Source: a virus. Taken from it: DNA of 64,000 bases. Position numbers and translations under genes: made by a program. This document shows, in pieces, positions 1 through 10,707 of this stretch. The stretch lies in the IMG/VR virus record IMGVR_UViG_3300048587_000705, positions 34,643 through 98,642 of that record; one strand, written 5' to 3'. Each line of letters starts with the position of its first letter. Position 1 is the stretch's first letter. The notes beneath the pieces are model-generated. The model saw nothing but the letters and a program-made list of their open reading frames with translations, made no database searches and was not told the origin of the DNA.

Positions 1-3000
1 TACTCATATTGGTGTCTCGCTGTTTTTAATGCGCGTCCACTGTTCAGGTAGTTATATTGTGAAACACCTGCCATCATTTTAGATAGATATCGGAACCTTT
101 CAGTACTTCCCTTATAAGAACCTTGTTTTATTATATCCCCGGAGAACAAATCCTGTGCCTTAAATATATTCTGCACTATATTAAGCCCTATGATAGGCGA
201 TTCCAAAGTGTCGTTCACCGATGTCACCATCCCTATCTTCTGCACCGAACTTGTCTCGTTCAATAATCTCTGGTAGAAGTATGCCACTGCCTGCAATGCG
301 TACTGTTCTCCTTCCTCATCATCGTCCGCCGCGCCTACTATCAAATATCCTATCGCCGCCATAAGCGTCAATACCGATATATCCACCGCCACCCGTTTCA
401 GGTTCCTTCTCTCGGCAACAGAACTGTTCTTCCATTGTTCCTTAAAGGCGCGGATAAAGTTAGCGGTCCCCATTTTTCTCAGTTCCTGTACCGAGGCGTT
501 CAAAAAGTTCGCGGCGCTTCTGTATGTACCCTCTTCAAGTTCCCCCGTCATGGGATTATAGAACTCCGAGCGGGTGCGTCTTGAAATGTTCGTTATAAGG
601 AAACTCCTGTGGGTCAATAATATGGAAAAAAGTGCGTTCCTCTGTGCTGCCACCCTTGTCTCTGTGGGTATCTGTGTATCGACGTTCAGTATTATCTCGC
701 CCATACGGGTCTGTATCCCCTTTACCTTGTTGTCAAGATACTGTTTGAACCTCTCGTCCGACATTGGGTTGCCGTCGGTATCTGTGAGCAAGGTCTTTAA
801 CTTTTGCTCGTCAAAGGACAGTATTCCATCGTTTACATCTATAAAGTTGTAAAAGGCGTTTTCTTCCTGTGCCCTCCAAAGGCTGTCTATCTCCTTTTTG
901 GTCTTTCCTTTGTTCAGATCGTTGAAGTTGTTGCGGTTTATAATGGAGCCGTCCACTACCCTGTAATCGAACAACGTTCCAAGCGCCACCTCTCCGTACA
1001 ATGGGAAGTTCGCAAGTTCGTGCAGCCCCATGGAAATTTTGGGCAAAAACCTTGCGGCGCCCGAGTAGTTACTGTTCTGTAGGCTCTCAAGTGCACTGAA
1101 TGCACGGAAATGTTGTAGAATAACATTGAGCTTTGATTTTTTGCCCAATTTGTTGAAATCCCCCATTGCCTCGGGCATAAGTTTTGTAAGTGCCCTACGA
1201 CCGAGTTTCAGGGAATCCCTGCCTATGTGCTCACCTACAAGGCTCTCTATCAAAAGCTGTACCTTTCCCGTTATGGCGGAAGTGATGGGGATAATTGCGT
1301 TCAGTCCAAGGTTTCGGAACTTTACGTATTTCACTATGTTCCTTACCACCTTTGCCACGTCCACTTTGCCCAAGAACGGTACGTCCACCTCATAAGTCCA
1401 AGTCTCCTTTACCCCAAAGAGCGTGTAGTCCATAAAGTTCTGGAACATTTTGTAGGTGTTGGTGGCGGTCACCTCTTTACCGTTCCCTGTTGTCCTTTTG
1501 TCAATGGCGTCGGAAAGTGCCATGATGTCGCCATAGGCGTTGAGCCTTGCGCGTTTCAAGAACCCTTCTGAATTTCGTGCGGCAATGGACCAGAAAAGGT
1601 CGTCTGATACGTCCTCTTGGTTCTCCAATCTGTTGGTGCCTATGTTGGGTATCACCTTTATACTGTTACCAAACTGTGTTTCCCCTTGTATAAGCTCATC
1701 GGGGGTAAAGGTAATAGCTTCCGTCCAAGCCTCCTTTATACTCTGGGCCGAAAGGTTCTTTGTCAGGTCCTTTGCCCGTTGTATGGTGCCCTTTCTAAAT
1801 TGTGGCATGGTGTACCTGTTATAGGTGCCGCCTATCTGCATCGCATCGAGCCCCTCGCTGTTCCATTCGAGCGTTGCCTTGTATGCCTCGTACAGTTTGG
1901 GGTCGTTCTTTATTTTTTCAAAATCCTTGTTGTAATATTTGGACAGTTTCGGTTGGTCGTACCCACCGTAGAACTCTGGGATAAAATTTGGGTTTAGGTC
2001 GTCCACACCGCCTATCTCCAAAAAGGATGTATTTGGCGCTATCTCTATATAGTTGTAGGTTCCTTGTTTTATGGACTCCACCTTGTTCTTTGCGGGGACG
2101 TTCGGGTCCTGCATTGCCTGTAGGAACACCCCGTACTGTGACGGTGCAAAACGTTTGTAGTATGGCAACAACCTTCTTGTAATAAGCTGTTCCACTACCT
2201 GTTGCTTTACCCGTATGTCCTCCAAGTCCTGCATCTCCCAACCGTTTTCGTCGAGTACGCTGTCGATTGCCTTGTTTGTCTTTTCACCTGTCTTTCCTTC
2301 AAGGTATCGGTTCAGAAAATAGATGGCGTCGGACAGCCCCTTTGCGTTGTCGGCGGTCATATGTTGGCGGGCATACTCCACCTGCTCGTCCAGCTTCCTG
2401 TTTATTTCCTGTGCGCTGTCGTTCTCCTCGATGTTCAGTCCAAGGTCTATCAATATCTTTCGGTAGCTCTCGTTGGTCGTGGTCTCGGTATCAACGTCAC
2501 TAAAGGTCTCGCCCGTCTGTTCCTCTATAAGTTTTGACGCCTTTCTATAGGCGTTGGTGATATCTTCCTGTAGTTTTTTTACCGCGTCCCTTGTAACGGA
2601 CGGCATACGCTGTACGTCTATCTCGGAAGGGTTGTTCTTGTGCTGGAACTGTTTGAGAATTGCCTTTAACGCCTTTCCCTTTGTATCGAGGGTTTCCAAT
2701 ATAGCGTCCACCTCTGCCATATTGTCCCCTGTATACACCTCTGGTGCCGTTATCTTTTCACGCAGGGACTGGTTCTGTTGCAGGTCGTTCCAGAACTGGT
2801 CGGAAAATCCCATGTAAGAGTTCAGTTTCAAAAAACGCATCCCTTCCTCTGGACTTACCTCAAAGGCTTTCTGTAACATATCAAAGAACTTGGGAGATAT
2901 CCTTCTGTCCTTTGACGCCATAAAATCATCTATCTCTTTTTGAGAAGGGTCTTGCCCGTTATTGTTGATTTTATACTGCTCTGTAAACTGCTCAACGGTT

Positions 3001-5744
3001 TTTATAAAATCCCCCTCGAACTTGTTCAGGTCTACCGCTATCTGGGCGTCCTGTGACAAAGTCTGGGCCGGGTCTATCACAACATCCCCGTTGGCATCTA
3101 CTTTCAATCCTTTTTTAAGGTTGCCCACTTCGTCGTAATAGCTTTTCTTGAACTTTTTATCGGCCAAGAAATCCTCATATTTCTGTCTGTCGTATTCGTC
3201 AAGGTTACGTAGGTCTATCACCCCGTCCTTTGTCGCCTTTCTGTTGAGGGATGATATATCGGAATAATATGCCATTATATACCCTATCCCTACCTCGGAT
3301 ACACCACTGTCCTCTATACGTTTCTCAAACTTGTCGTAATAGGCGTCGTTCATCCTTCTCTCTACAAGTGGCTGTTTTCTCTTTTTTATCTGCCTGTTGA
3401 GTTCTCCCTTGTTCTCCGGCGAGAGTTTCTGTTCAAGATTTCGCCTTTCCTTTAATATATCCTCATCGGACATCTGTTTTGTATTGCCCTTTTTATCTGT
3501 TGTCTGGTAATCGGACTTTGGTGCCACTTTTTTGTACTCTTCCAAAAATATATTGTCGAGATCCGCGTTGAACCTTTCCCAGTCGTATTCGCTGATAATG
3601 TTTCCCGATTTTTTGTCAACAAAATCCCGTCCCATGTTGCGCACGTTGTACCCTATCTCCCTGAACCTTTTTAAGGCGTTCTGTAGGCTATTGGTGGTAT
3701 CTTGGTTCCTTTCCTGTTCTATATCCTTTGCCTTTACGCCCAATAGTGCCAGAATAGGGTCACGGGAATGTATTATCTGCCCAAAGTTTTGGTGGAAAAA
3801 TGTGGTGTCGTGCTCGGCTGTCTTTATCCAATTCTGTACCCTCTCCCTATACTCCTCTGGAAGGTTGTGCCTGTCCATTACCTGTTGTACAAGGTTGTCC
3901 ACGGCATCGGTTACGTGCAGTTTCTTTTTTGCCTCAAGGTCGGTCATCTTTTGCCCTATGGTGTCGATGTCCTTTGATATCTTTGCAACGGTCTCCTTGT
4001 TGTAGTCCATCTGGGGGGCAAGTTGCTTTATTTCGGCAAGTGCCTTTGTCAGAACGCCTTTCAAAGAATGGTACACAATGTTCTGTTCCGTTGTAAACGG
4101 TGTCTTGTCCGCTTCCCCTATCGCGGCGTCCATCCTTCGGATATAACTGTTGGTAAGTGATATGAGTCCTGTGATTGCCTCAAGTTCCTCGTTGCGCTCA
4201 AGTTCCTCTTCGAGTTTGTTGAGCTCGGCGCGCTCAAGGTTTGACGTATCGCCCGTTGCCCTGTATGCACGTAGTATCTGCTCCCGTATCTGTCTTGCTG
4301 ATACCTGTACCGCCTTTCTTATCCTTTCCGTTGCACGTTCCTGTTCCGTTTGTGGGTTGTTGGAGATGGCGTAAAGTCTGAACCTGTTGTCCTTGAAATT
4401 ATCGGTATCGAGTACGTTGGAAACATCCTCCATAAAAAGGATGTCCTCTATCTCGTTTTTATAGGTCTCAAGGTCTTTTTGGTACTGGGGCTTGAAATAG
4501 TCTTTTACTTTTTGGAAAAACTCGTTGAACAGCGTCTGTAATCTGTTTATGATATTGGTCTGTGTCTCGGATTGTCCTTCCTGCGCCTGAAACCTGTTCA
4601 GGAGCGCATTTTTCAACACCTTTCCAAGTACTTCCCTGCGTACCGCCTGCTCAAGTTCCTCGCCTTGGTAGTCGTCGCGGTATATCTCCCTATAAACCTG
4701 AGAGTACTGTGCCCATTCCCGTGTACGGTGCACGTTCCTAAGCAAGTTCTCTATTTTTTCCTGTGGCAGTGCCTCGTTTATAAAGTGGGTGGTTTCCTCA
4801 GTTAAATCCTCTAAAGTTATTTCCCCGCCCTCAAAGGCGATTACTTGGTTGGCTATATCGGCCAGTGCCCTTGCCGAAGGGTTTGTACCGTTCCTTTTTG
4901 CGTACTTTGTGTTGTATTCCACTATGGAGGTGGTAGATACTCCCAATTTGTTCAACAGGTCCATCAAAAGGAGTTGTAGCTGTTGTTCTGTCCTTGGTCT
5001 TGCCCGTTCCTCTTGTAATCTTTTTCCGTTCAGTGCCTTTGCCCACTCCCTGCCCGTTACGGCGCCTATGGCAACGTCCTCACCATATTTGTTTTTCACC
5101 TCGGGGAACGGGGCGGTATTTAAGTACTCACTGTCCACATATTCCGTTTTTTCGCCTCTTTGTATCCTTACCTTGTCGTTGGTCTTTTGTAATAAAAACG
5201 TATCCCCGTCACGTCCTACACCTTCGGTTCCAAGGTATAGTCGGGCATCTTCTTCAAGAAGTTCGCTGTTGATTGTCTGGAATATATCTGTCTCCCCTGC
5301 GGACTCAAACCTGTACTCCCCGTTTGATACCTGTTTTTTACGGTCTTTTAATAGGTTGTTTTTAATAGCGTGGTTTATAAAGCCTGTTTGCGTATCGCGA
5401 TTTGCGATGTTGGTTGTTTTTATAAGTGGAAAGAACTTGCCTCCCGTTTCAAGTCCTACTTCTATCTCACCGTTCTCGGGGGTGTTCTTTACGGCCTCTT
5501 TGTACGATGTATAAATGTTGTCGCCGTTTTTGTGCGATACCCTTACGTTGTCCTCCCCGACTGTCTGTTTTTGTACTTTTTTTGAGAACACGTTTTTGTA
5601 AAGTTCCAGAGCGTCCTCTTTTGAGCCTACTAGTGGGTGTGAGGCTATGTCGATAAAAAGACGGCTCTGTTGTCCGCCCTCTTTTCTTACGTCCTGTATG
5701 GCGTTTGTCTTTGGGTCTCTTATTATTTTGCAGTTGCTTGGCAT
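1..5744 (-). CDS. Giant virion cargo/ejection protein (>1900 aa), runs off the left edge of the window
   Basis: Absent from the ORF track because there is no stop in the window. ATG at 5742-5744 gives MPSNCKIIRDPKTNAIQDV...; the frame is open at both ends I translated (...QYNYLNSGRALKTARHQYE at 3-59). Hydrophobic C-proximal segment (RVAVDISVLTLMAAIGYLIVGAADDD), as in the last cargo protein of crAss-like phages. Confidence 0.75.
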   Translation of the reverse strand, partial: MPSNCKIIRDPKTNAIQDVRKEGGQQSRLFIDIASHPLVGSKEDALELYKNVFSKKVQKQTVGEDNVRVSHKNGDNIYTSYKEAVKNTPENGEIEVGLETGGKFFPLIKTTNIANRDTQTGFINHAIKNNLLKDRKKQVSNGEYRFESAGETDIFQTINSELLEEDARLYLGTEGVGRDGDTFLLQKTNDKVRIQRGEKTEYVDSEYLNTAPFPEVKNKYGEDVAIGAVTGREWAKALNGKRLQEERARPRTEQQLQLLLMDLLNKLGVSTTSIVEYNTKYAKRNGTNPSARALADIANQVIAFEGGEITLEDLTEETTHFINEALPQEKIENLLRNVHRTREWAQYSQVYREIYRDDYQGEELEQAVRREVLGKVLKNALLNRFQAQEGQSETQTNIINRLQTLFNEFFQKVKDYFKPQYQKDLETYKNEIEDILFMEDVSNVLDTDNFKDNRFRLYAISNNPQTEQERATERIRKAVQVSARQIREQILRAYRATGDTSNLERAELNKLEEELERNEELEAITGLISLTNSYIRRMDAAIGEADKTPFTTEQNIVYHSLKGVLTKALAEIKQLAPQMDYNKETVAKISKDIDTIGQKMTDLEAKKKLHVTDAVDNLVQQVMDRHNLPEEYRERVQNWIKTAEHDTTFFHQNFGQIIHSRDPILALLGVKAKDIEQERNQDTTNSLQNALKRFREIGYNVRNMGRDFVDKKSGNIISEYDWERFNADLDNIFLEEYKKVAPKSDYQTTDKKGNTKQMSDEDILKERRNLEQKLSPENKGELNRQIKKRKQPLVERRMNDAYYDKFEKRIEDSGVSEVGIGYIMAYYSDISSLNRKATKDGVIDLRNLDEYDRQKYEDFLADKKFKKSYYDEVGNLKKGLKVDANGDVVIDPAQTLSQDAQIAVDLNKFEGDFIKTVEQFTEQYKINNNGQDPSQKEIDDFMASKDRRISPKFFDMLQKAFEVSPEEGMRFLKLNSYMGFSDQFWNDLQQNQSLREKITAPEVYTGDNMAEVDAILETLDTKGKALKAILKQFQHKNNPSEIDVQRMPSVTRDAVKKLQEDITNAYRKASKLIEEQTGETFSDVDTETTTNESYRKILIDLGLNIEENDSAQEINRKLDEQVEYARQHMTADNAKGLSDAIYFLNRYLEGKTGEKTNKAIDSVLDENGWEMQDLEDIRVKQQVVEQLITRRLLPYYKRFAPSQYGVFLQAMQDPNVPAKNKVESIKQGTYNYIEIAPNTSFLEIGGVDDLNPNFIPEFYGGYDQPKLSKYYNKDFEKIKNDPKLYEAYKATLEWNSEGLDAMQIGGTYNRYTMPQFRKGTIQRAKDLTKNLSAQSIKEAWTEAITFTPDELIQGETQFGNSIKVIPNIGTNRLENQEDVSDDLFWSIAARNSEGFLKRARLNAYGDIMALSDAIDKRTTGNGKEVTATNTYKMFQNFMDYTLFGVKETWTYEVDVPFLGKVDVAKVVRNIVKYVKFRNLGLNAIIPITSAITGKVQLLIESLVGEHIGRDSLKLGRRALTKLMPEAMGDFNKLGKKSKLNVILQHFRAFSALESLQNSNYSGAARFLPKISMGLHELANFPLYGEVALGTLFDYRVVDGSIINRNNFNDLNKGKTKKEIDSLWRAQEENAFYNFIDVNDGILSFDEQKLKTLLTDTDGNPMSDERFKQYLDNKVKGIQTRMGEIILNVDTQIPTETRVAAQRNALFSILLTHRSFLITNISRRTRSEFYNPMTGELEEGTYRSAANFLNASVQELRKMGTANFIRAFKEQWKNSSVAERRNLKRVAVDISVLTLMAAIGYLIVGAADDDEEGEQYALQAVAYFYQRLLNETSSVQKIGMVTSVNDTLESPIIGLNIVQNIFKAQDLFSGDIIKQGSYKGSTERFRYLSKMMAGVSQYNYLNSGRALKTARHQYE

Positions 5745-6052
5745 TCCTGTTGGGTCTTTTTAATAATTTTAACCTGTTCTTTTATGTTCGGTGATAGGTA
5801 TTTTCTTTTTATGTTTTCCGCGACGTTCCTTATATGTGTTGGTATGGATATATTTGAACTGTTCTCCTTTCTGAGTTGGTCGGATTTTTGTTGCACCACC
5901 TCGAGTATCAAATGACACTCCTCGTAGTTTTCACTTTGTTCGTACTCCTCTAACAAATATAAAAGGGGAAATATTCCCCACCTATGTGCGTGGGCGAGGT
6001 AGTCTGCCTTTTTTACCTCTTTGATATTGTCGATTTTGTCCTTTAGCCGCAT
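5723..6052 (-). CDS. Small hypothetical protein with a UvrB/C-like helical motif (LEEYEQSENYEECHLI)
   Basis: 109-aa ORF overlapping both neighbours in the operon direction. Confidence 0.6.
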   Translation of the reverse strand: MRLKDKIDNIKEVKKADYLAHAHRWGIFPLLYLLEEYEQSENYEECHLILEVVQQKSDQLRKENSSNISIPTHIRNVAENIKRKYLSPNIKEQVKIIKKTQQECQATAK

Positions 6053-9000
6053 TCGAGTTCGCTGTTTATCTGTTGTTCCTCTTGTTTTGTAAAAAGTTTA
6101 CTAATCTTTATCTCCGGTTCTTTTACTTGTTCGGTATTGTCCATTTCCACATCTATCTCTGGTACCATATCGGTAAGCAGTATATATGGTGATGTATTAT
6201 GTGGGAGTTTTGCGTAATACCCATCGGTGGAGTTTTTTTCTGTCAGTTCATATACCCCGTCCCTTGTTCGTATAAAATTCTCTGTGGGGTTTTTCACCTT
6301 TATCGTACGGGCAGATTTTTGCTCGAACTGCCCCTTGTAGAGTGGTACGGACTTTGGGGAATTTATTGCCCTGTTGCGTTCTGCCAGTACATCGTCCACA
6401 TATGAAGATTCCTCTGCTTGGGTAAAGACATTTGAATCCTTTTTCAGAGAAAAATAATTACGTGTATCCTCGTCCATGTATTCCTCCATAATCTGTATTG
6501 ACAAAGGATCGGTGTTTATCGGTTCTATTCCGTCTTTTGTTATGTTGAAATTACTGTAAAAATCTCGGTATTTCTGCGAGCCTTTTATCTTTTCTTTCAA
6601 GGACTGTTTGTTAAAGTCGGCGATAAAGTCCGTTGACAGATATTGTGTGTCGATTTCTTTGCCCACTATATTTTCCACATTTTTTATATTTTCCTGTATG
6701 TTGGTAGGCGTCCCAAAATAAACGGTGTTCAAAAAGTATACCTTTAGTTTATCGGTATCAAAAAGGTTTCCCGTCTCTATCTCTTGCACCTGTTCGTTGG
6801 CGTAGTTCTCTATCCTGTCCCTTACCTGTGCCATATTGGTCATATTTATCCCGTCAAATATCTCCTGTGGGAACATCTCTGGACGCTTTTCCATAATGTC
6901 CAATGTTTCTTCTAAACTTTTACGGTTGTTGGTGCGCTTGTACAGATTATTTCCTTGGTACAATAGTCCATTCTCGGCGAACATCTCAAAAGCGGTCTTT
7001 TGTTTGTTGTAGATTTTTTCGGTTGTCTGCGTTGCCCCTTTTATCTTTTCCGTCTCAACCGTTTCAGTGTCGATATCAAAGAAACTGTCGTATACCTGTG
7101 CAAAGTTTTCCAAGTTCTGTGCGTTTAGCGTTCTTAGCGCCACCAAGAACCTTGTAAGCTCCCCTATTCCCTTTTCGGTGTATTTTTGACCTATGTCGGT
7201 AAGGTCGAGCCCTATGTCAACGGCTTTTTCTCTTAATTCTTCCAATAAATCAGCTATCTCTGATTGGCTTGTCTGCGCTATATCGGGCGGAATATTCAGT
7301 ATATAGTCAATCTCTTTTCTAAGCTCGTCATTGCTCGGGTCGGTCAGGGTCTCTTGGAACTTTTCTGCCGTCCTGTTCAATTTTCTTTCTGTTATGGTAC
7401 CATCTGGCTGTACTTCCTTTACCGTAAGTTCTGTGTACTGTGACAAATCTTCAAAATCATTTTTTGCCACTTCCATGGAGTTTTCCGCAACGGCGCTGTC
7501 AAATTCATTTCTGTCTTTTATCCCGCCGAGTGTGTCCACTATCTGTTTTTGCGCTATATAGGGATTCGCCTGTTGGTACTTACCAACAAAATTGGGTTCC
7601 ATAGATGAAATGGTGCTGTATGGCATTTCTACCTCGTCTATTGATATAGGTTCTTTGAGGTTCTGTATCTTTGCGATATTCTCTTTTATTCGCGCCTGTA
7701 AAGATATGTCCGATAATATATTTGTCGCCTCGCCTTTTGTGTATCCGTTATTGGTCAGTGTTGACATTGTAGGGGCAAACAGCCCGTTTACATAAAAAGC
7801 CTTTCTTGTCCTTTCCAATAGCGCATCAGAACTTGGTGTCTGTGCGTCAAGCGCCTTTATGATATTTACCCTGTCCTCTTGTGTAGGTCGTATTCCTTCC
7901 GCGTTTTTTCTGTCAACATATTCATACACGTCCTTTGCAAATACCTCTCCGTTCTTGTCAAATTGTGCAGCAATAGGTTTTGGTGTTCTGTTCACGTTCC
8001 TTGCTCTTCTGACCATTTCCTGCGGTAAAAATTGGTCAGACGTAAAACCAAGACTTCTGTAAAAATTTATAAGCCCCTTTTCCGTTGTAGTTTTATCTCT
8101 TGGGTTTGCAAATAAATATACGTCCTGTCCCTCTCTATCTGTCATCAAAAGAAACTCTCGTAAGGCTTTTTTAGCCCTACCCTGTCCTCTCAAATCCTGT
8201 GGGGTATTTATCAATTCGAGTTCTATGCCACCTAATTGTTGGTTTGTAATAGGATTTATCCTTGGGCGATAATTTATGGTCACTCCGTTTGACTTGAAAG
8301 TTCCCGTTAAATTTTCTCCCGACAAAAGGTCTTTTGATACAGCCTCTCCAAATTGTTTCAATGTCATGTTGGACACCTGTTCCGCTGTATATTGCGATAA
8401 TCCAAGTATGTCTCTTACTGCGTTCCAAAAATCCTGCAACCAAGTTTTAAGGTTATTTCCCACGAGCCTTGCACCATTATCCCCAATTACTTGTGCCAAA
8501 ACTTCATTCTTCCACTCCTCTGAACCCTCTTTTAAATCAGGTTGGTTGGTGTTGACAAAATCTATGTAAGACTGTGCCTCCTTTTTATTCTTTTCTATAA
8601 GGGATAATCCTGCATCATAGATTTCTTTGTTGTTTTGATTTAAAAAATCAAGATATAAGTGCCCAAATTCGTGAATACTCGTATTAGGTGACATCTTATC
8701 TTTGTTCAGATATACTTGTCCGTTGTATACGAAACCGTTTGGTGTTGTACCCTCTTTTTGTTGGTAAATATTATTTGATTGTATCGAAAAATCCCCTATG
8801 TTTGCCTCTGCGGATTTTATTTGATTTGGGTCAAATACGGCAAAAGTTTCATGTTCAATATCATTCACTTCATCATCAAAAAAAGTACCATCATAGCCTT
8901 CTTCTTTTATCTTTTCTATAACTCCTTTTGATTCAAGTATTTCCCAAGTTTGAGTGTTTTGAAAATTATATATATCTATCCCGCTCTCCTTATCTAAATA

Positions 9001-10593
9001 TTGCTCTGCGTCACTCCATTTAAACAACGTTTCAGGGTACTTTAATGACAGAAAAACAGGTGTAATGTTATTTCCATGCTCTTTGGCTGCCTTTTTTTTA
9101 GGGGTAAAAAAGAAAGCATCTACCTCTACATCATACTCACTAAAAAGTACCCACCTTTTGGATTTGGATTTTTTAAAAGTGTCAATATTTTTATTAGATG
9201 ATCCATGGTAAACTACAAGGGGTTCCCCATTTTTATCTATTACTTTGCTTGAATTAAATGGGTTTCCTTCCCAATCACCAAACCAATCTTTAAATGCCTG
9301 TGTCCTGACTTGTAACCATTGATTTTCCGTAAGGTTTGTAGGCTTTCCGTTGGGGGCTTTCATAAAAATTCCTTGCGAAATGGCATTCTCTTTGATTTTT
9401 TCCATTTCTGTATTTAACACCTGTTGTTTTTTTACTTCATCTTGTATAGAGCCAAGTTTTTCCTCTATCTCGGAATTGGTCAGTATATTAACTTTTTTTG
9501 CAAGTCCTGTCTTTTCCAACTGTTCCGTGACAGGTAAAGATAGGTTTCTTTTGAGTGATAGTTGTTTGGTTGCTTGGTTTATGTATATTTGGTCCTCTGG
9601 TGTTATATCAAAATCATCTGATATAAGTGAATTGGATATATCAAAATCAAAATAAGTGTTTCTTTTAACTATTGCCCTTGCTTCTACCTCACCACTTATG
9701 GTTTGATACAATTCTTGTTGTACCTGCAATCTTTTAACCCTGTTTGGCTCTTTGTAATATCTTAACACACCTTTTAATATATTTTTATCTGATAGGTTTA
9801 AATTATTGTCTTTTAATTTTTGCTCTATCAATGCTACATTCCCTTCTTCGGGCTCCACCAATAAGTTTTTTCCAATAAGTACTGATGCTCTTTCAAAAAC
9901 CGTTGTAGCTCCTCCTCCTGTACCATATCCCTCAACATATTGTACTTTATGCCCCAATTCGTGAAGCAATGTTTCCCATAGTTCCACATTATGTCCTCCT
10001 TCATTGGTACCTGATTTTTTGGGAAATATATGTTCCATAGTTCTGGCACTGATATTAATTGAGTCACTAACTGGGTCATATCCTCCGTAAACTGTTGTTC
10101 CATCATCTTCAATAATATTTATTTTTAAATCCCCGTATATTTTTATCAAATCGTTTCCTTCTACGATATCTGATAACCTATATGTCTCTCCCTCTTTTAA
10201 ATCAATTGTTTTTAGGTTACCGTCAGGTATCTCGAATCGCCACTTATTGTCAACAGGGTTTCGCTCCCACATAGTGAGTTTTTTTATATACCTTTTTGAT
10301 TTACCCTCTTTTTCAAGCTGTACGGCAAGATTTAAGTTGTCTATCCTGTTTGTAACATTTTCTATGTTATCAAGTTGTGTGGCGCCTTTTATTCCCGTTA
10401 TAGATTTTTTTACCAGTATGTTCTTTGGCTTTACCACTTCCTCTAAAAAATCCTCCGTTACGGTAATAGTGTACAGATCCTCTGCGTTGTCGGGAGTCCT
10501 TTTTTTTAGTTCATCAAAGAGTATGCTCCGCTCACCATTGTTGGCTTCGGCGTACACAGGGTTTCCTTGTTTGTCTTTTATTATACAGGACAT
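6043..10593 (-). CDS. Polyvalent cargo protein: LPD23-like + zincin + ADP-ribosyltransferase-like (ART-PolyVal) + second zincin + GNAT
   Basis: WERNPVDNKWRFEIPD; LLHELGH..Q...GEVEAR; KAPNGKPTNL..QW..VRT..FK.WFGDW...GEPLVVYHGS...GYDG...VFDPNQIKSA; IHEFGH; LRGQGRA...LINFYRSLGF. Confidence 0.8.
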   Translation of the reverse strand: MSCIIKDKQGNPVYAEANNGERSILFDELKKRTPDNAEDLYTITVTEDFLEEVVKPKNILVKKSITGIKGATQLDNIENVTNRIDNLNLAVQLEKEGKSKRYIKKLTMWERNPVDNKWRFEIPDGNLKTIDLKEGETYRLSDIVEGNDLIKIYGDLKINIIEDDGTTVYGGYDPVSDSINISARTMEHIFPKKSGTNEGGHNVELWETLLHELGHKVQYVEGYGTGGGATTVFERASVLIGKNLLVEPEEGNVALIEQKLKDNNLNLSDKNILKGVLRYYKEPNRVKRLQVQQELYQTISGEVEARAIVKRNTYFDFDISNSLISDDFDITPEDQIYINQATKQLSLKRNLSLPVTEQLEKTGLAKKVNILTNSEIEEKLGSIQDEVKKQQVLNTEMEKIKENAISQGIFMKAPNGKPTNLTENQWLQVRTQAFKDWFGDWEGNPFNSSKVIDKNGEPLVVYHGSSNKNIDTFKKSKSKRWVLFSEYDVEVDAFFFTPKKKAAKEHGNNITPVFLSLKYPETLFKWSDAEQYLDKESGIDIYNFQNTQTWEILESKGVIEKIKEEGYDGTFFDDEVNDIEHETFAVFDPNQIKSAEANIGDFSIQSNNIYQQKEGTTPNGFVYNGQVYLNKDKMSPNTSIHEFGHLYLDFLNQNNKEIYDAGLSLIEKNKKEAQSYIDFVNTNQPDLKEGSEEWKNEVLAQVIGDNGARLVGNNLKTWLQDFWNAVRDILGLSQYTAEQVSNMTLKQFGEAVSKDLLSGENLTGTFKSNGVTINYRPRINPITNQQLGGIELELINTPQDLRGQGRAKKALREFLLMTDREGQDVYLFANPRDKTTTEKGLINFYRSLGFTSDQFLPQEMVRRARNVNRTPKPIAAQFDKNGEVFAKDVYEYVDRKNAEGIRPTQEDRVNIIKALDAQTPSSDALLERTRKAFYVNGLFAPTMSTLTNNGYTKGEATNILSDISLQARIKENIAKIQNLKEPISIDEVEMPYSTISSMEPNFVGKYQQANPYIAQKQIVDTLGGIKDRNEFDSAVAENSMEVAKNDFEDLSQYTELTVKEVQPDGTITERKLNRTAEKFQETLTDPSNDELRKEIDYILNIPPDIAQTSQSEIADLLEELREKAVDIGLDLTDIGQKYTEKGIGELTRFLVALRTLNAQNLENFAQVYDSFFDIDTETVETEKIKGATQTTEKIYNKQKTAFEMFAENGLLYQGNNLYKRTNNRKSLEETLDIMEKRPEMFPQEIFDGINMTNMAQVRDRIENYANEQVQEIETGNLFDTDKLKVYFLNTVYFGTPTNIQENIKNVENIVGKEIDTQYLSTDFIADFNKQSLKEKIKGSQKYRDFYSNFNITKDGIEPINTDPLSIQIMEEYMDEDTRNYFSLKKDSNVFTQAEESSYVDDVLAERNRAINSPKSVPLYKGQFEQKSARTIKVKNPTENFIRTRDGVYELTEKNSTDGYYAKLPHNTSPYILLTDMVPEIDVEMDNTEQVKEPEIKISKLFTKQEEQQINSELECG

Positions 10594-10597
10594 TATT

Positions 10598-10693
10598 TTA
10601 TTTATTTTTTAATTTGTTATATATCATATTCGATAATATACCTAACAACATTCCAGTAATTATTGATATGTATATTAATAAAATTATCAACAC
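10598..10693 (-). CDS. Putative 31-aa single-pass membrane peptide
   Basis: Manual translation from GTG: VLIILLIYISIITGMLLGILSNMIYNKLKNK*. Fills the AT-rich gap between two cargo genes; below the ORF track cut-off. Confidence 0.35.
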   Translation of the reverse strand: MLIILLIYISIITGMLLGILSNMIYNKLKNK

Positions 10694-10707
10694 TTATCTC
10701 TACCATA

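Noticed and set aside
9600-9660. DFDIS/DFDIT as an RNA polymerase catalytic motif
   Set aside because: The third Asp is missing and the context is a linker after a zincin domain.
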